Part shown: positions 36,311 through 49,422 of the stretch, piece after piece
How positions within the stretch are numbered: the stretch's first letter is position 1
How the letters are laid out: each line of letters begins with the position of its first letter
Source of the DNA: Felis catus
Lineage: Eukaryota
Assembly (NCBI RefSeq): GCF_018350175.1
Contig: NC_058369.1
Location: forward strand, 560,001-620,000
DNA length: 60,000 bases
Direction: 5' to 3'
Notes under the pieces: generated by a model
Told to the model about the DNA's origin: nothing
Databases searched by the model: none
Seen by the model: only the letters and a program-made list of their open reading frames with translations
Program-made: the position numbers and the translations under genes

Positions 36311-37894
36311 CCCACCACCACCCCGTGCCCCCAGAGGCCACCCTACAGTGCCCCCTTCCTCCAAACCCCCCGGGGGCCAGTGTTACCTGTCACCACTGCC
36401 GCACCTCCACAGCCTCGGGCTGCCTGTTCCCCCATCCCCCCAAAGCCCTGGGGCAGCCCCCAAACAGCCCTCCTTCTGTTCCCTCAGACTCCAGCTGTCC
36501 TGACCCCCCGATTTCTGGCCTCTGCTGACCTCCCCTACCTCCTGCCCTTTGAACCCTGCCCTAGGCCCCGGACCCCAGAGAACCAACGCGCTGCATGCCT
36601 GGGACTTTCCAGCTGCCCCAGGACCAGCCCCGTGGGTACCAGGTGGGGTCTTGGGGCACAAGGGGAGGTAACAAAGGCTGGCCCGCTGGGTCAGAGCTCA
36701 GCACCCATGTGGTGGGCCCGGCGTGTATTTTTAGAACATCCCGTGACAGGTGAAGCGTGGGTGCTCACAGAGGCCTACGCTTCACAATCGTGGTTTGTGT
36801 TCAGACAATTTCCTTTTGAGATCAGGTTTTCGAATGAGTCATTGTGAAAGAAAAAGATCAAGGAATCAGTGGGCCAGACAGGACAACGGGGCAGCGCAGC
36901 ATGGAGGGAGGCCAAGGCCTGGAAGAGCCCGTCTTTCTCATACGCCCCGGCCGGCAGGCACCTGCGGGCACCCAGCCTCTCTGCCAACCCCCTCAGCCCT
37001 GTGGGCCTGCCCCCCCAGACGCTGTGAGCAGGCTGTCCCGACCCTGATGGCTGCCCAGACTGCCTGCCCGCTCCCACCTGTTACCTTGTCTGGACCCCGC
37101 CAGGCCAGGACGATGTCGTCCCCCGCCCTGGGAACTGTGTCTCTGGGCAGCAGGGACTGGCTGGCCTCCCACAGGGCACAAGACGGTGGCCTCTCTGGCC
37201 GTCCTTCCACCTGGCTCTGAGTGAAGGAAGATCCAGGGATACCAGCAGGGGTCAGGTGGGGGAGGTAGGGTGGGGGGACGGGGGCCCAACAGAGGCTGGC
37301 CGGGGCTCTGTGAGGCTCGGCTCTCAGGGCAGAGGCCCTGGTAAAATCCAGAGGCCTGACGAGACCCCAGCTTGGCCAACCAGGACTGTCTGGGGAGGGT
37401 CTCCCTGTGGACTCCACACCGAGCGACGGCTGGGGAGCCGCGGGTCAGGGCCGGCCTGGGGCTGTCCCGGTGGGGGTGCCCAGGAAGGGCCACGGGCAGG
37501 GGCATCCGGAGAAGTCCTCTGGTCCCAGACCGAGGGGCCCGGCCAAGATGGGCCGTGCAGGTGTCAGCAGGAGGCAGGCAGCCAGGCAGGGTTCCCCATG
37601 GAGGGGAGACCCCACGGCCTGTGCTGGGGGCCCCAGTCCAGAGCAGAGATCCTCCCTGGGCTCCAGGCATAGCTCAGCTCTCCCAGGCCCTCCGAGGGAG
37701 TGCACCCCCCAGATAGAGGCCTTCATGGGTGCGCTGGGCCCAAGGACGAAAAGGAAGGGGAGGGAGGGGCTGGGGTCCCCAGGGAAGACGTTGTGGGGGC
37801 TCCTGCCTCCCTCATCTGCTGAGGCCAGAGTGGCAGGCAAACAGCAAAGGGGGCGGGGGCCGGACAGGGCGCCAGCAATGGGGCAGGAGGGGTG

Positions 37895-38215
37895 CGGGCC
37901 ACGGCCATTCCCTAAATTCACATCCACTGGGAACCTGTGAACGGGGCCTCGCCTGGAAATAGGGTTTTAGTTGATGCAATCAGCGAAGATGGGGCCATAC
38001 TGGGGTAGAGTGGGCCCTGCTGCAAAGACTGGTACCTTATAAGAGGGAGATTCAAACACAGACGCAGAGGAGATGGCCATGTGACCTTGGGTCACAGCCC
38101 AGGCCCTGCCACACCTTGACCTCAGACCTCTGGGCTCCAGGACTGGAAGAGAATAAAGCTCCGTGGTTTAAGCGGCCCACTGTGTGGTCAGTTGGTAAGG
38201 CCACCCCAGGACACT
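37895..38215 (+). mobile_element. MLT1 solo LTR
   Basis: GGAAATAGGG...GACCTCAGACCTCTGGGCTCCAGGACTG...GAGAATAAA...GTTTAAGC. Confidence 0.75.
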
Positions 38216-40467
38216 CCGACCGGAGGGGAAAGCAAACCCCAGCTGGAGCCACCCCAACCCTCAGTCCGAGTCCTGTGACCCCGGGAGCACTGCCGACCAG
38301 GAGCTCTGGGCGAGGCTGGCGGCAAGCACGTGACCTCGGATTTCTAGAGTTCCCGGGAGGCATCCGGAACGCAACAGCCCTGAGATGCCGAAGACAGGGC
38401 AGGAGCCCTGGCGCCCGGTGCCCAGGTCAGGCAGGGCAGGAAGGGGGAGCCCCTGCATCTGAGACAAGGACAAGGTGGGCTGGCCCAGAATCCCCATTTG
38501 AGAGCACAGCTGTCCAGGGGTTCAATTTCCAGTTCTGTTCTCAACGGGCCCCCAGAGGCCCACCCAGACCCCATCCCCCAGAGGCCACGTCTCAACTGAC
38601 GGGGCTCCCGCGAATCTCGGGTCCTGCCGTCCTGCGGGGACGTGAAGCCCGGCGCCCCTGCACACCTTCACCTGGGGGGCCGAGCTCTGGCTAGTACGGG
38701 CGGCGGCCACACTGGGCTGGACGGGGAGCCCGGACGCCCCGGCCCTGGCCTGCATGGTCAGCACGCGGCTCGGTGCGAGGCCGGAAGTGGACAGCAAGTG
38801 TGGGTGGCTCCGGCAGGAGGGACACCACAGGCCCGTGACCCCAACCTGACGCCCAGGAGCGACAGCAGCACACAGGGCCCCGCTCGCCACCTGGGGTCGG
38901 GGGGGGGGGGGGGGGGGCCAGGCAGGGCGACAGACCCGGCCCGGCGGAGCACTCGGCATGTGTCAGTGTTCTCTCGCTCGCCCGGGCAAGGGCCAGCCAG
39001 GAGGGGGAGAAACTGCATCCGGGGAAGCGGGACCAACCCCAGATGGACGGGACGATACCCTGTGAGGCACAGAGAGCCTGGGGCTGAGCTCTGGGGGAGC
39101 CTCGGGGTTGCCTGCGGCTCTCTGTCCGCCTCTCCGGGCAGCACCTCTGCCGGCCGTGTGCCCACAGACCCCAGCCCGTGGGTCCAGGGTAGCCTGGCCA
39201 AGTCAGCAGCAGCGCCTGTGACGGCCCACGAAGGTCAAGGTGGAAGGACAGCCCCGCGGCGGGGCGGGCGCTTTATAAAGCAGCCTGTGACAGACGCCGG
39301 GTTGACGGCAGCCCCGGGGAGGCCAGGGAGGATGCTCTGCCAGCCCCACAGGCACAGCTTTGGGGGCACACAGCCCTGTGCAACCCATCCAAGGGCCCAG
39401 AGGGGAATGGGGACCGGAACAGGGAGCCTCCTCGGTCATGGCTGAGGATGCTGGAGTCTGGGTCTCGGGAGGGGCCCCCTGAGCCCGAGGGGGCTCACTT
39501 CCGGGTGTGGTCCAATGGTTTCCCACGGTGCTGCACCGACCCACCTGCCCACCTGCCCACGGGCGGGGACCGCTGTTGCGCCGGCCAGCCCGCTCCCGCC
39601 ACTGGAGCACCGCTCCCAGCCCGCCGCTTAAGGGTGGTAGGCCTTCAAACCTCTGTCCCCGACACCAACACCTCCTACAGGCACTGAGCACCCCCCACGT
39701 GGCTTCTTCTGGGAAGTGCCTCTTCAGGTCTGCGCTTGCTCGCGGTTTTTGAGAGGCATCGTGCACACTGAGCTTGTGGTCTCCTCTGACACCCACGTCT
39801 TCTTCCCGCGAGCAGGTTTTAGGGCCAAAGCCCACCGGCCCGACGTCCCGGTCCCTTGACAGCGACGTGCCCCGCGCAGTCTGTCTGTGCGGAGGGTGGT
39901 CTGTCTGTCCCGGTGCTTGCTGTCACCCCTGCTAGTGTCGGGCTTGCTTCAGGCCGGCTGGCATGCCAGGTGTCTCCTGAGCCCCCAGGGAACCCTGAGC
40001 AGGACAGGGCTGCCGCTGCCCACGCGGGGTCACGCCGGTCCCAGGTGTGCGGCCTGACCCGTCCACACCCTCCTCAGGCTCCCGCAGGCCAGCCTGGTGC
40101 AAGACCATCGCCAGGGACCTTCACCCAAACCCAAAGAACAAATGGTGTCCCGCGAGAGGGGGAGGACTCCTCCGGGCTCGGGCCGGTCCCGGGGATGGCG
40201 GTGGCGCCACGCGGTCTCACACACCCCGTCCCGAGCAAACGCCGGCACCGGGCCGTGCCTGCCTCTGGGAAGACGGCAGAGGCCCCCACATCGCAGCAGC
40301 AGGAACCCCAAGCTCTGGGCGTCACAAGGCCCGGGCTTCGTGCTGGGTCCCTCTCGCGGGCAGACGCAGCGTCCACAGGACACGGGCCCGCGTCCCTGTC
40401 GCCGGCAGCAGCACACGGAAGCCTCCCTCAAGTTCGAGCCTCTCACTCGAGCCTCCAGTGAGGTTTT

Positions 40468-40638
40468 CTGCCTTTTTGGGGGGGGAGGGGCAGAGACAGA
40501 GGGAGAGAGAGAATCCCAAGCAGGCTCCACCCTCAGCACAGAGCCCAACACAAGGCTCAAACCCACGAACCGTGAGATCGTGGCCTGAGCCGAAGCCGAG
40601 AGTCGGGTGCTTAACCGAGTGAGCCAGCCAGGCGCCCC
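40468..40638 (-). mobile_element. CAN-SINE
   Basis: GAGAATCCCAAGCAGGCTCC...CCAGGCGCCCC. Confidence 0.9.
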
Positions 40639-41156
40639 TAAAGGTGCTCTGCTTTTGAGGACCTCGGGAGAATGCTGGGTCCCTGGGGAATCCAGGGTCA
40701 CCCCCACCTCAGGGGCCTCGAGGGACCCGGTCTCTGGGACCATTTCTGAGCCAACCACACAAGTTGAGTAGAGCATAGCTCATAACGGACCAGCGGGCAG
40801 CCAGGCTGGCCCAGTGTCCCCCATAATAACAGTTTGTGGAGAACAGAAGCCCCCCGCAACCCCTTCTCGGGGAAGCCTCCCGGAGTCCTCAGAGGAGCCG
40901 GGTGGGGGGGCGGGGGGCGGCTGGGACATCACAGCCTACACTATGCAGGAATGTGGCCCGGGCTTCCAAATGGGCTGGTTCTTTGAGAGACGCGACAGAC
41001 CTAGATTTGGGGGTGGCAGCCCCTGATTTCTCAAAGTTGGCAATCCAGCCTTCATGTCACACCCTCCTTATGTGGGGTGACTTCCTGCAGGTTCCCACAG
41101 TGCTGGGGGTGGGACCACCCAGTCCCCCTGTGACAATGCAGAACCCCTCTGCAAGG

Positions 41157-41426
41157 CTGTCCCTGATGGTCCCCAACACAGACCCGGGGGCTCATTCGCC
41201 CCTGTCCCTGACGGTGCCCAAGATGGACCCGGGGGCTCATTCACCCCTGTCCCTGACGGTCCCCAAGATGGACCCGGGGGCTCATTCGCCCCTGTCCCTG
41301 ACAGTCCCCAAGATGGACCCGGGGGCTCATTCGCCCCTGTCCCTGACGGTCCCCAAGATGGACCCGGGGGCTCATTCGCCCCTGTCCCTGACAGTCCCCG
41401 ACACGGACCCAGGGGCTCATTCACTC
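41157..41426. repeat. 45 bp VNTR, 6 copies, in SBNO2 intron 1
   Basis: Unit CTGTCCCTGACGGTCCCCAAGATGGACCCGGGGGCTCATTCGCCC. Confidence 0.97.
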
Positions 41427-42859
41427 TGAGCCCCGCCCTCAGGTGGCAGAGCACCTACAGGGCCAGGCAGCTCACACATGCCTGAACGATGCCAGGAGAG
41501 GCTCCGATGCCTTGGGCCACAAGTGCCAAGCTCGGAACCACCCTGGGACTAGGCGGGGGTGTGGGGGGGGGTGGCTACACCCCCACCTCACAGCTTTCAG
41601 GGCAAGTGGCCGAGGAGGACCTTCCAGAAGCGCTGCTGAGCTCTGGCCCCGTGCAGACCATGCGCGAACCCAGACACAGATTCGGATGCCCACGGCACCC
41701 CAGCGGGAGACAAGGGTTTGAGCAGGTCAACGGGTCCACCTTCCCACGTCCACACCTGCCGCTCACACGTGCAGCTGTCGGGGCGGCAGGGGGGGGGGGC
41801 AGCCTTTCCTGAACGTACCTTTCGTACCATACCTTACAACGTGCAGAGGAAGACGCCACTCTGAGGGCAGGGATTTCTGCCCCACCTGGTGAGTCAGTGC
41901 CATAAAGGTTTACTGCTCTCTGCAGACCCGCTCCCTTCCTCCTGCCATCCCCATATCCTGTGTCGGTGGCCGCTGACCCTCTGGGTTGTGACCGCAAGGA
42001 AATGCAGGTGACCTGCCTCCAGAGTGCGGCACAGGTCGCTCTTGAAATGCAGCAGGCCTTGGAGCAAAGGAGACAGAGGCCAGTCCCAATGGGGAGTCTG
42101 GGTGTCTGCTCTCAGTGCCACCAGACCTGGTGACTCCCTTGCCATGGGGCTCTAGGGACAGGAGTCCCAGGGAAGGGCCAGCTGGTACCCGGTTCCACAG
42201 GGGCACCTGAGACGCACACAGACCACGAGCCCCCAGGTTCCGAATAAAGCCCAAATCTGCCATCACACAGCAGGGGCCAAACTCCTTCCCCCTCTCCCCC
42301 CCCCCCCCACAGGACAGGTGCTTTGTGGGCTTCCCTGGCCCATGTCCCCGCCCACCATGCTGAGGACCACACAGCTGGAGGGCACCCCCTGCAGATGGCC
42401 CAGGAGGAGTTAGAGCCCACAGATGACTTTAGATGGGACCAACTCCCTGGGGTCACTACGCTCCCCACTGTCACCTGGCCTCCCGGCAGGGAGGTCCCCG
42501 GGCAATCAGGGCCGTCGAAGGACAGCCAGGGCGGCGCAGTCCAGCACCCCTCCCCCCCCATCTCCTACAGGGCCCAGGCTTTATGGGGGAGCTCCCCCGG
42601 GGCCTCCCGCCCAAGGCACCCCTACACCAGAAGTCCAAACACCCCCAGGACTTCTCACGTGATGCACATTGCACACCACGGCCATCTGCACGTCCCAGAC
42701 GGCGTTCAGGGGCGGCTCCCACCCTTCATACAGTGAGGAGATGTCTCTTCCCGTCTTCCTCGTGGGGCTGGAAGGGGCCCGCTCCCCGACACCCGCTCAC
42801 CCCCAGGCCACAGCACATGGGCATCTGACCAAGGACAGGCCTTGCTGTTTTGTTCTGTG

Positions 42860-43165
42860 AAGGCACAGTTCACAAACCATACACTTCACATATTTACAGT
42901 ATACAATTCAGTGGTCTTCAGTACATTCACAGAGTTGTGCAACCATCACCTCTATCGAGTGCCAGAACATTCCATCAGCCAAAGGAAACCCTGTCCCCCT
43001 CACCCCCACCTCCTCCCCAGCCCCCGGCCCCTTCGAGCCCCTTCCTGTCCCTGGATGAGCCTGCTCTGGACGTTTTTTCACACACATGGACTCACACCCC
43101 GTGTGGCCTCTCGTGTCGGGTTCCCTCCCTGAGCGTCGCATGTTCAGGGTCCTTCCGCAGGGCGA
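42860..43165 (-). mobile_element. Ancient L1M(B-like) 3' end, GC-shifted core
   Basis: TACAATTCAGTGG...AGTACATTCACAGAGTTGTGCAACCATCACC...CCAGAACATT. Confidence 0.85.
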
Positions 43166-44384
43166 TACATAAACAAATGACAAGCCTTATCTCTGCCTCC
43201 CCTCGGGGCCTGGCAAGACCGAGCAGCAGGTGACAGAGCCTGAGCATCAGAAATCACGGTCTCAGGCCTCGCCTGAGTCATCCGCCTGGCAGAAAGGGAA
43301 GCAGGGGACCTGCGGGCCAGCTGTCCCCAATGGCAAGGAAATGAAGGAAATTTGCACAGCAGGAGCGGGGGAAAGGGCCGCTCCAAGGGACCCCACTCAG
43401 GGGAGAGGGGACCCACACTCGCGAGGCACGTCATGGACACCAGGACTCGGGCCTGCACTCGGGCACGGGCAGAGCAGGGCGGACGGCAGGTGAGCAGGAG
43501 TAAGGCCAGGCCTGGGATGGTCCGGGTGACTGTGCCTTCTGGCTGCCCCGGGAGGCCTGCTACACCCTGGCTGTGACACTCCAAGCCTGCCCCTAACAAA
43601 TCCCACGACCGTGACGCACGCTGTCTCATGTACATACAAACACACACGCGTGCAGGCAAACGCACGCAGCACTGAGAGCACACTCACGTGGGCACACGTA
43701 CACAACTGGGCACGCAGGAGAGGCACGCACGGGTCACAGGACACATGCTGCACACACTCCCAGCACCCTCACAGGTGGCCGCGCACACGCACACACGTGC
43801 ACACCCTGGACCATGCCGGTGCACACGCCACACCCAACACACATGTGCACACCCTGGACGCTGCTGGCACCTTGGAGGGTGCCCCCCACTCTGCACATCA
43901 GCCTCACGGTGTTTGTACTTGAGGTTACGTTACCCACCAGCAGAGGAACAAGCAGGTCCCCCCACCCCCACCCGCGGCCATAAAGGCCTGTTACCCAGAG
44001 GAGGCCATCCTGGGAGGGAGGTGGCCTCTGGGGACCGGACACAGTTGCCTCTTTATTCCCGGCCGAACTCACTCGGTCAGCGTTTCCGGCCTGGCCCCTG
44101 CTGAGGGGCCTCAGGGACTTTGCTAGAACTGAGCTGGGCCAGCCTCAGCTGGTCTCGCCCCAGTGGGGGCCAGGCCTGCGGGGTCCGGGAATCCAGCCTC
44201 GGTGTCCCCCCAGATCAGGGCAGTGACTGGCCCAAGGTCACGCGGCTGGAGAACACTGGCTCTGGGCTGCTGCCTGCACACTTGCGGCTGGCCCCACCCC
44301 ACTCAGTCTCCAAGGGACCTAGCCCCTTGCTGCACTCAGTCCCACAGGCTCTCCTGGAAATCTGGTCCCCCCACCCGTCTTCTA

Positions 44385-44397
44385 AGACAGACAGACA

Positions 44398-44474
<77 letters not shown>
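44385..44474. repeat. (AGAC)n(AC)~38 microsatellite
   Basis: Read directly. Confidence 0.98.
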
Positions 44475-44475
<1 letters not shown>

Positions 44476-46179
44476 AGGCAGATGCCGGCTCCGGGCAGGT
44501 GTGAATAGGTGTCTGCTCAGATACTCCGAGCTAATCAAAAGCGCCCTCCCCTGTCTGAAATCACAGAACGCCTTCCCCTCAGTCCCCACAGCGGCTTGTC
44601 CCTGGGCGGGTGGTCTTGCACCTGCCAGGCTGCTTGGGGGCCTTCTGCATACCTGCCGGCATCTTCCCGACCAGGTGGGACCCTGGGGCCATTCACCTAT
44701 CCTGCCTTCTCTGGCCCACCCACCCAGTGGCCCAGACTTCATATTCAGCATTCTCTATGAAGCCTCTGGAAATGGATGTCCTAAGAGGACCGTGGCCCTA
44801 AGCACACAGCTCTGGGCTGCACTCACCCACCTCTGGGGCCTCCCCTGGGAAAATCCAGGGTGCTTGGGAAGAAAGAACACAGACAGGCTGGCCAGTGGGC
44901 CCTGGTCTCAGCGTCCAAGAAAGGAGCACCCAGCGGCTGTGCTCACAAGGGTCCACGACTGCACAGCGCCCCCCACAGCCAGGCAGGGAGGGAAAAGAGA
45001 GGCGCAGGGTCAGGTCCAGCCCTGGAGGAAGGGCCAGGCCTCACATCCCAACCCAGACTGGCCTCAGACAGTCTCTGGAGTAGGGTGCCTTTGACAGGTG
45101 GCCATCTGTCCTCCCTGCGGGGTCTGCAGTCCCCGGGGCCCGAGCCCCATCTTCCTTCAGCCTTTGCTAAGCGTCTACGGGGAAGATCCAAACATCCGCC
45201 GTGCCCGGCAGCAGGTAAGCAGGCTCCCGGCTGAAGCCTGTCCTATACCAGCCCCCTAGCCATGCCATGAAACACTCACTGCCCCCCAAACTGCCAGATG
45301 AGGCTTCACCTTGGTCGGCTTCCAGGCCAGGCACCCTCCTGTGTGGGGTGCAAACACATGGCGCCAAGCTAGCGCGGCCAGGCAGCGGCCAGGCAGGAAA
45401 GTCCTTCAGGGCAGGCAGGACCGATGTCCGTGCTGGGAAGCAGAAGCCAGGGGTGCCCCAGACACACATCTTACAGACTCAGATTTTCTTCCCCTTCAGA
45501 CCGTTAACCACGTTATTCAGGGAGCCACCGCCTCCCAGGAGCTCCTCCGTGGCTGTCCACACCCCTACTCCCTGACTCTGGGTCCCCCAGCCTCCTGCTC
45601 CAGGGACCTGGGTGCTGGGGAGCAGCCCGGCATGGGCAGGACCCACCGCGGGCATCCCCTTCCACACCTGCCCACCTCCAGCTCTCTGCCCACCTCCTCC
45701 CGTCCTCCTGTCCTTGGAGGCCAGGTTCCGATGCCAGCAGAGGCAAGACTCCCACCCAACACTCTGGGCGCAGCCAGCCGACCCCAGGAAGGCCCCCATC
45801 CCAAGGCCGTGGGCAACAGGAGTGTCTGGACAGAGCCGCTAGGAAAGCAGGAGAGGGCAGGAAGCGCCAAGGAGCCCGGGGTCAGGGGTCACCAACATAG
45901 GAGAGGTCAGGAGGCACCCAGGGAGGAAGGGGCTGGGGTCGCGGAGGCCGGGGGGGGGGGGGGGGGGTCACAAAAAGGGGCAGTCAGGGAATGACGGAGA
46001 AGCGGTTGTGAGGGGGTGGTCACACAGTGCTGGAGGGTCGCCGAGAAGTGCAGGGTCAAAGGTCACCGAAGAAGTAAAGTTTGGGGATCACTAAAGAGCG
46101 CGAGATGGGGGTCCCGGTAGGGAGGGGTAAAGGGAATCACTAATGGGTGGGGACGGGGGTACCGAAGAGGGAGGGAAGT

Positions 46180-46815
46180 AAAGGTTGGTGTGTCGCCGCG
46201 GAGGATGGGGTCAAGGTTCACGCGGAGGCGGGTCGGGAAGGGGGGTCACACAGCAGCACAGGGTCGGGGGTCGCGGAGCAGGGCGACTTCAGGGCTCACA
46301 GCTGAGCGCGCACGGGGCTTACGGCGGAGGGCGGGGTCGGGGGGGGTCGCTTAGGAGGGCGGGGTCAAGGCTCGCGGCAGAGGGCGGGGTCGGGGGGGGG
46401 TCGCCGAGGAGGGCGGGGACAGGCCGCCGCGCTCCCTCCGCCCGCGGCCCCGGAACCCCGGAACCCCCGGCCCAGGACGCAGGCGGCCGCGGGGCGGGGG
46501 GGGGGGGGGGGGGGGGGGGGGGGGAGGGGGGGAAAGGCCGGGGCCCGAGCGGGCCGGGGAGCGCGGCTCGGGCTGGGCGGGGTCGGCGGAGTCGGAGCGA
46601 GGGTCGGGCCAGACGCGCCTCACCTCCGTCCTGGGTCCGGCCGGGCGCGGAGCCCGCGGCGCCTCCGTCTCTCCGAGCTTCGCCTCAGCCGCGCTCACTT
46701 CCGGGTTTCGGGCGCCATCTTGGGGGCCCCGCTCACTTCCGGTCATGCCGCGGGGCGGAGCCTCTAGTGGGCGGGTGAGTGGGCGTGGGCGTGGGCGGGG
46801 CCCCAGGGGCCCCTG
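46180..46815 (-). promoter_or_regulatory. SBNO2: SBNO2 main CpG-island promoter
   Basis: Two ETS CCGGAAGTG sites (46696-46704, 46734-46742), YY1 AAGATGGCG (46713-46721), GC boxes 46752-46801. Confidence 0.85.
46624..46745 (-). other. SBNO2: SBNO2 non-coding exon 1 (5' end approximate)
   Basis: GAG|GTGAGG donor at 46623 within the CpG island, downstream of ETS, YY1 and GC boxes. Confidence 0.75.
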
Positions 46816-48694
46816 CAGGGTTAGGACTCAGTGGGCCACGGGTTCCAATCCCACCCTCTCCTGTTTACGTTGGGACCCCGGCTCCTGGCTTACTCGCGAG
46901 CCTCAGTTTCCTGCTATGCAAACATGGAGATCAAATTGAATCACTCCCACCTCCGGGCCCTTTCCATCCCTGCACTCTCACACCTGAGCTTTAAGCCACT
47001 GGAGCTCTCGTATAAACCGGATGTTAGCTCTAAAGCCCCCTCCTCAGATACTCCCTAAAAACCATCTGACACGGCCCTACCCCCACCCAGTCCTGCGCTC
47101 TCCCTTAATTGCCTCCCCACCAACAGTTGTCTGCCCATTAGTCTGTCTCCACCCCAAGAGGAGTCTTGGGACCTAGCGGAAGCCCCAGCGTGGAGCCCAG
47201 TACGTGGTGGGGTCTGACAGTCCCAAGAGAGAGGCCCTGGGATCTGGGTTGCTCCCCAGCTGGCTCCCTCCCCGTTAGGGCTCCCAGGGGCCTGATGCAA
47301 ACGAGGCCAGATCTGCTGCACTGCCAGGAAGAGGGTGGGACTTTGGCACAGACTGTAGATTTCCTGTGACTTGAACCCACTGGACCCACTGTGGGCTGGG
47401 CCGGGCGGGTTCAGGCAGATCCAGTCTGGGAGGCACCACCCCTTCCCTAGCTGGGTTGTCAGTAATGAAAGCCCCACCTCGCCACCAGCCAGAGGCCTCC
47501 TGTGCCCATTCCAGCCCCCTGAAATTAGAGGTTACCTCCCCGTGTGCTTGTTTACTTATTAAGTAAACCCTTACGGATTCCAGTCTCTGCCTGGTCTCAA
47601 GCTGAACAAAGCTGGGGCTCCAGAGGACTCAGTTCCCAGGCCTGCCCTCAGGAAGCTCCCAATCTAGGGGGAATGGAGGCTGGACCAGACACTCCCATCT
47701 GCAAGACTGGGCCTGGGGCCCAGGGAGGGCTGAAGCCTCTGCCTAACACATTATGGAGGAAGGGGTATTGAAGCTGGGGCTTTGAAGTTCAAGCAGGAGG
47801 TTTCCAGATAGACAAGAGTAGGAAGGGCAGTCCAGGCAAATGAAAGCTGTTCACAGACTTGTAAGGGTCTGTTTAAAACCCGTTTGACCTGCAAAAATCC
47901 AGGTCAGAGACCGCCTGTAGCCAAGCCTACAAGGAAGCAGGGGAAACTGAGGTCGAGAGAGGAGAAATGATTTATTCAGAGAGAGCTTTGCTTCGGTACG
48001 TGTAGTTTTTGGCAATTTGGGTTGTAGCTTTGACTTTGAAGCTATTTTTCATAGCTAATGAAAATAAGTCCTATTGAGCAACAGACAGTTAAAATTCAAA
48101 AGCACAAATAAGCTGACATGAGGGGATAGATGGCTTCCGGTTGTGTTTTCCCATTTCCTCCCACACAGGGCCAGCCACATAATCTGTCGAGCCCAGTGAG
48201 AAATGAAGACAGAGGGCCCCCCGTTCAAATAGTGAGGATTTCAATATGGCGACAGCAGAGCATTAAACGGAGTACGGGTCCCCCTGAACACGGAGCCCGG
48301 GCAAAGCCCTGAGTCACACGCCCGCAGAGCCGGCCCTGTTCCCACCATGACCTTCCGAGGTCAGGACCGCTATTACCTGTGTGTTGCTGGCGGGGAAACG
48401 GCAGCGCAGAACCGTCCAGTAGCCGGCGCAGGGTCACGGAGCGCAGGGAGGCATGGACTTGACCTCTGCCACGTCCACCTCGGGAAACCACAAGGTTTCT
48501 ATGGGTAACTTTGCCTGAAATGGGGGCAGTTTGCCCAGGCCGGGGTGGGTCCAGCCATCTCAGCATGGAGTAATCTGCCAAGTCTGGGGATGTCTAGGGA
48601 ATTAGTCAGATTTGGGGATTTCCAGGGAATTGCAAGAGGCAGCCCGGGAGAGCGGAAGGCACACGGCTCTGCAGGGCAGCGGCTTTGCCGGTGC

Positions 48695-48790
48695 GCTGTG
48701 TGACCCTCGGAAAGTTACTCAATCTCTCTGTGCCTCCATTTCCCCACCTGTAAATTTGGGGTGGGTACCTTCTAGGTTATTAAGATAGCA
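48695..48790 (+). mobile_element. MIR fragment
   Basis: CTGTGTGACC...AAGTTACT.AATCTCTCTGTGCCTC...TTTCCCCACCTGTAAA. Confidence 0.7.
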
Positions 48791-49249
48791 AAATGAACAG
48801 CTTCTTGTGTTTGGGTATTAGGAATGTTTCCAGATGGACTTCTGGATCTTTCCTCACAAAAGTCCACAGAGCCACCTAAGGGAGTGTTCTATGAGATAAT
48901 AATGATGATGAAGCCTGAGGTTGGAGGTCTGGAGAGGAGGGATTTTTTTTTTTTTTTAATGGTGATAAAAGGCTGGGATGGGGGCCCTGGGCAGCCCCAG
49001 CTTTCATGGCTCAGGCTGCAGAAGTTGTCACGCTCAGAGGCTCAGAGGGTGGGAACACGCCCAGCTCTCCTCAGATGTGCCCAAGGTCCCCTCCTCCGGT
49101 GGGGAAAAGGCTCACAGAAGACCAGAGGTCTGTCCGGTGAGGGTCTGTTTTTGGTCCAAGAGCCTTCCCCAAGCCCTCCCTCTGTCCCAGTCCCATGCAG
49201 GGACCCCCTAAATATCCCCCCAGACATTTCAACCAGCCTTGAGGAAGTA

Positions 49250-49422
49250 GGCCACCATATAAAATACAGAACACTCAGTTAAATTTGAATTGCATGTACG
49301 TGAAGAAGAATTGCTCATGTTTAAGTATGTCCCGCGCAGTGTCTGGGATATACTTATGCAAAAGAAAGTAGCCTCCGGCGAAACCGGGAGTCCTGTTTCT
49401 ATTGGTGAGATTGGGCAGCCCG
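49250..49422. mobile_element. MER53-like MITE
   Basis: ATAAAATACAG...CAGTTAAATTTGAATT...TAAGTATGTCCC...GGGATATACTTAT. Confidence 0.8.

Noticed and set aside
9215..39715. Scattered GAS motifs (9215, 22795, 29703, 39707)
   Set aside because: A few such 9-mers are expected by chance in 60 kb; only the AP-1-coupled site at 13247 was kept
40836..41429. ORF with LSLTVPKMDPGAHSP repeats; possible repeat protein or CRISPR-like array
   Set aside because: Translation of a 45-bp tandem VNTR with no unique spacers; mammalian intron
44120..45094. 324-aa ORF with (TH)n
   Set aside because: Runs through an (AC)n microsatellite; no coding signature
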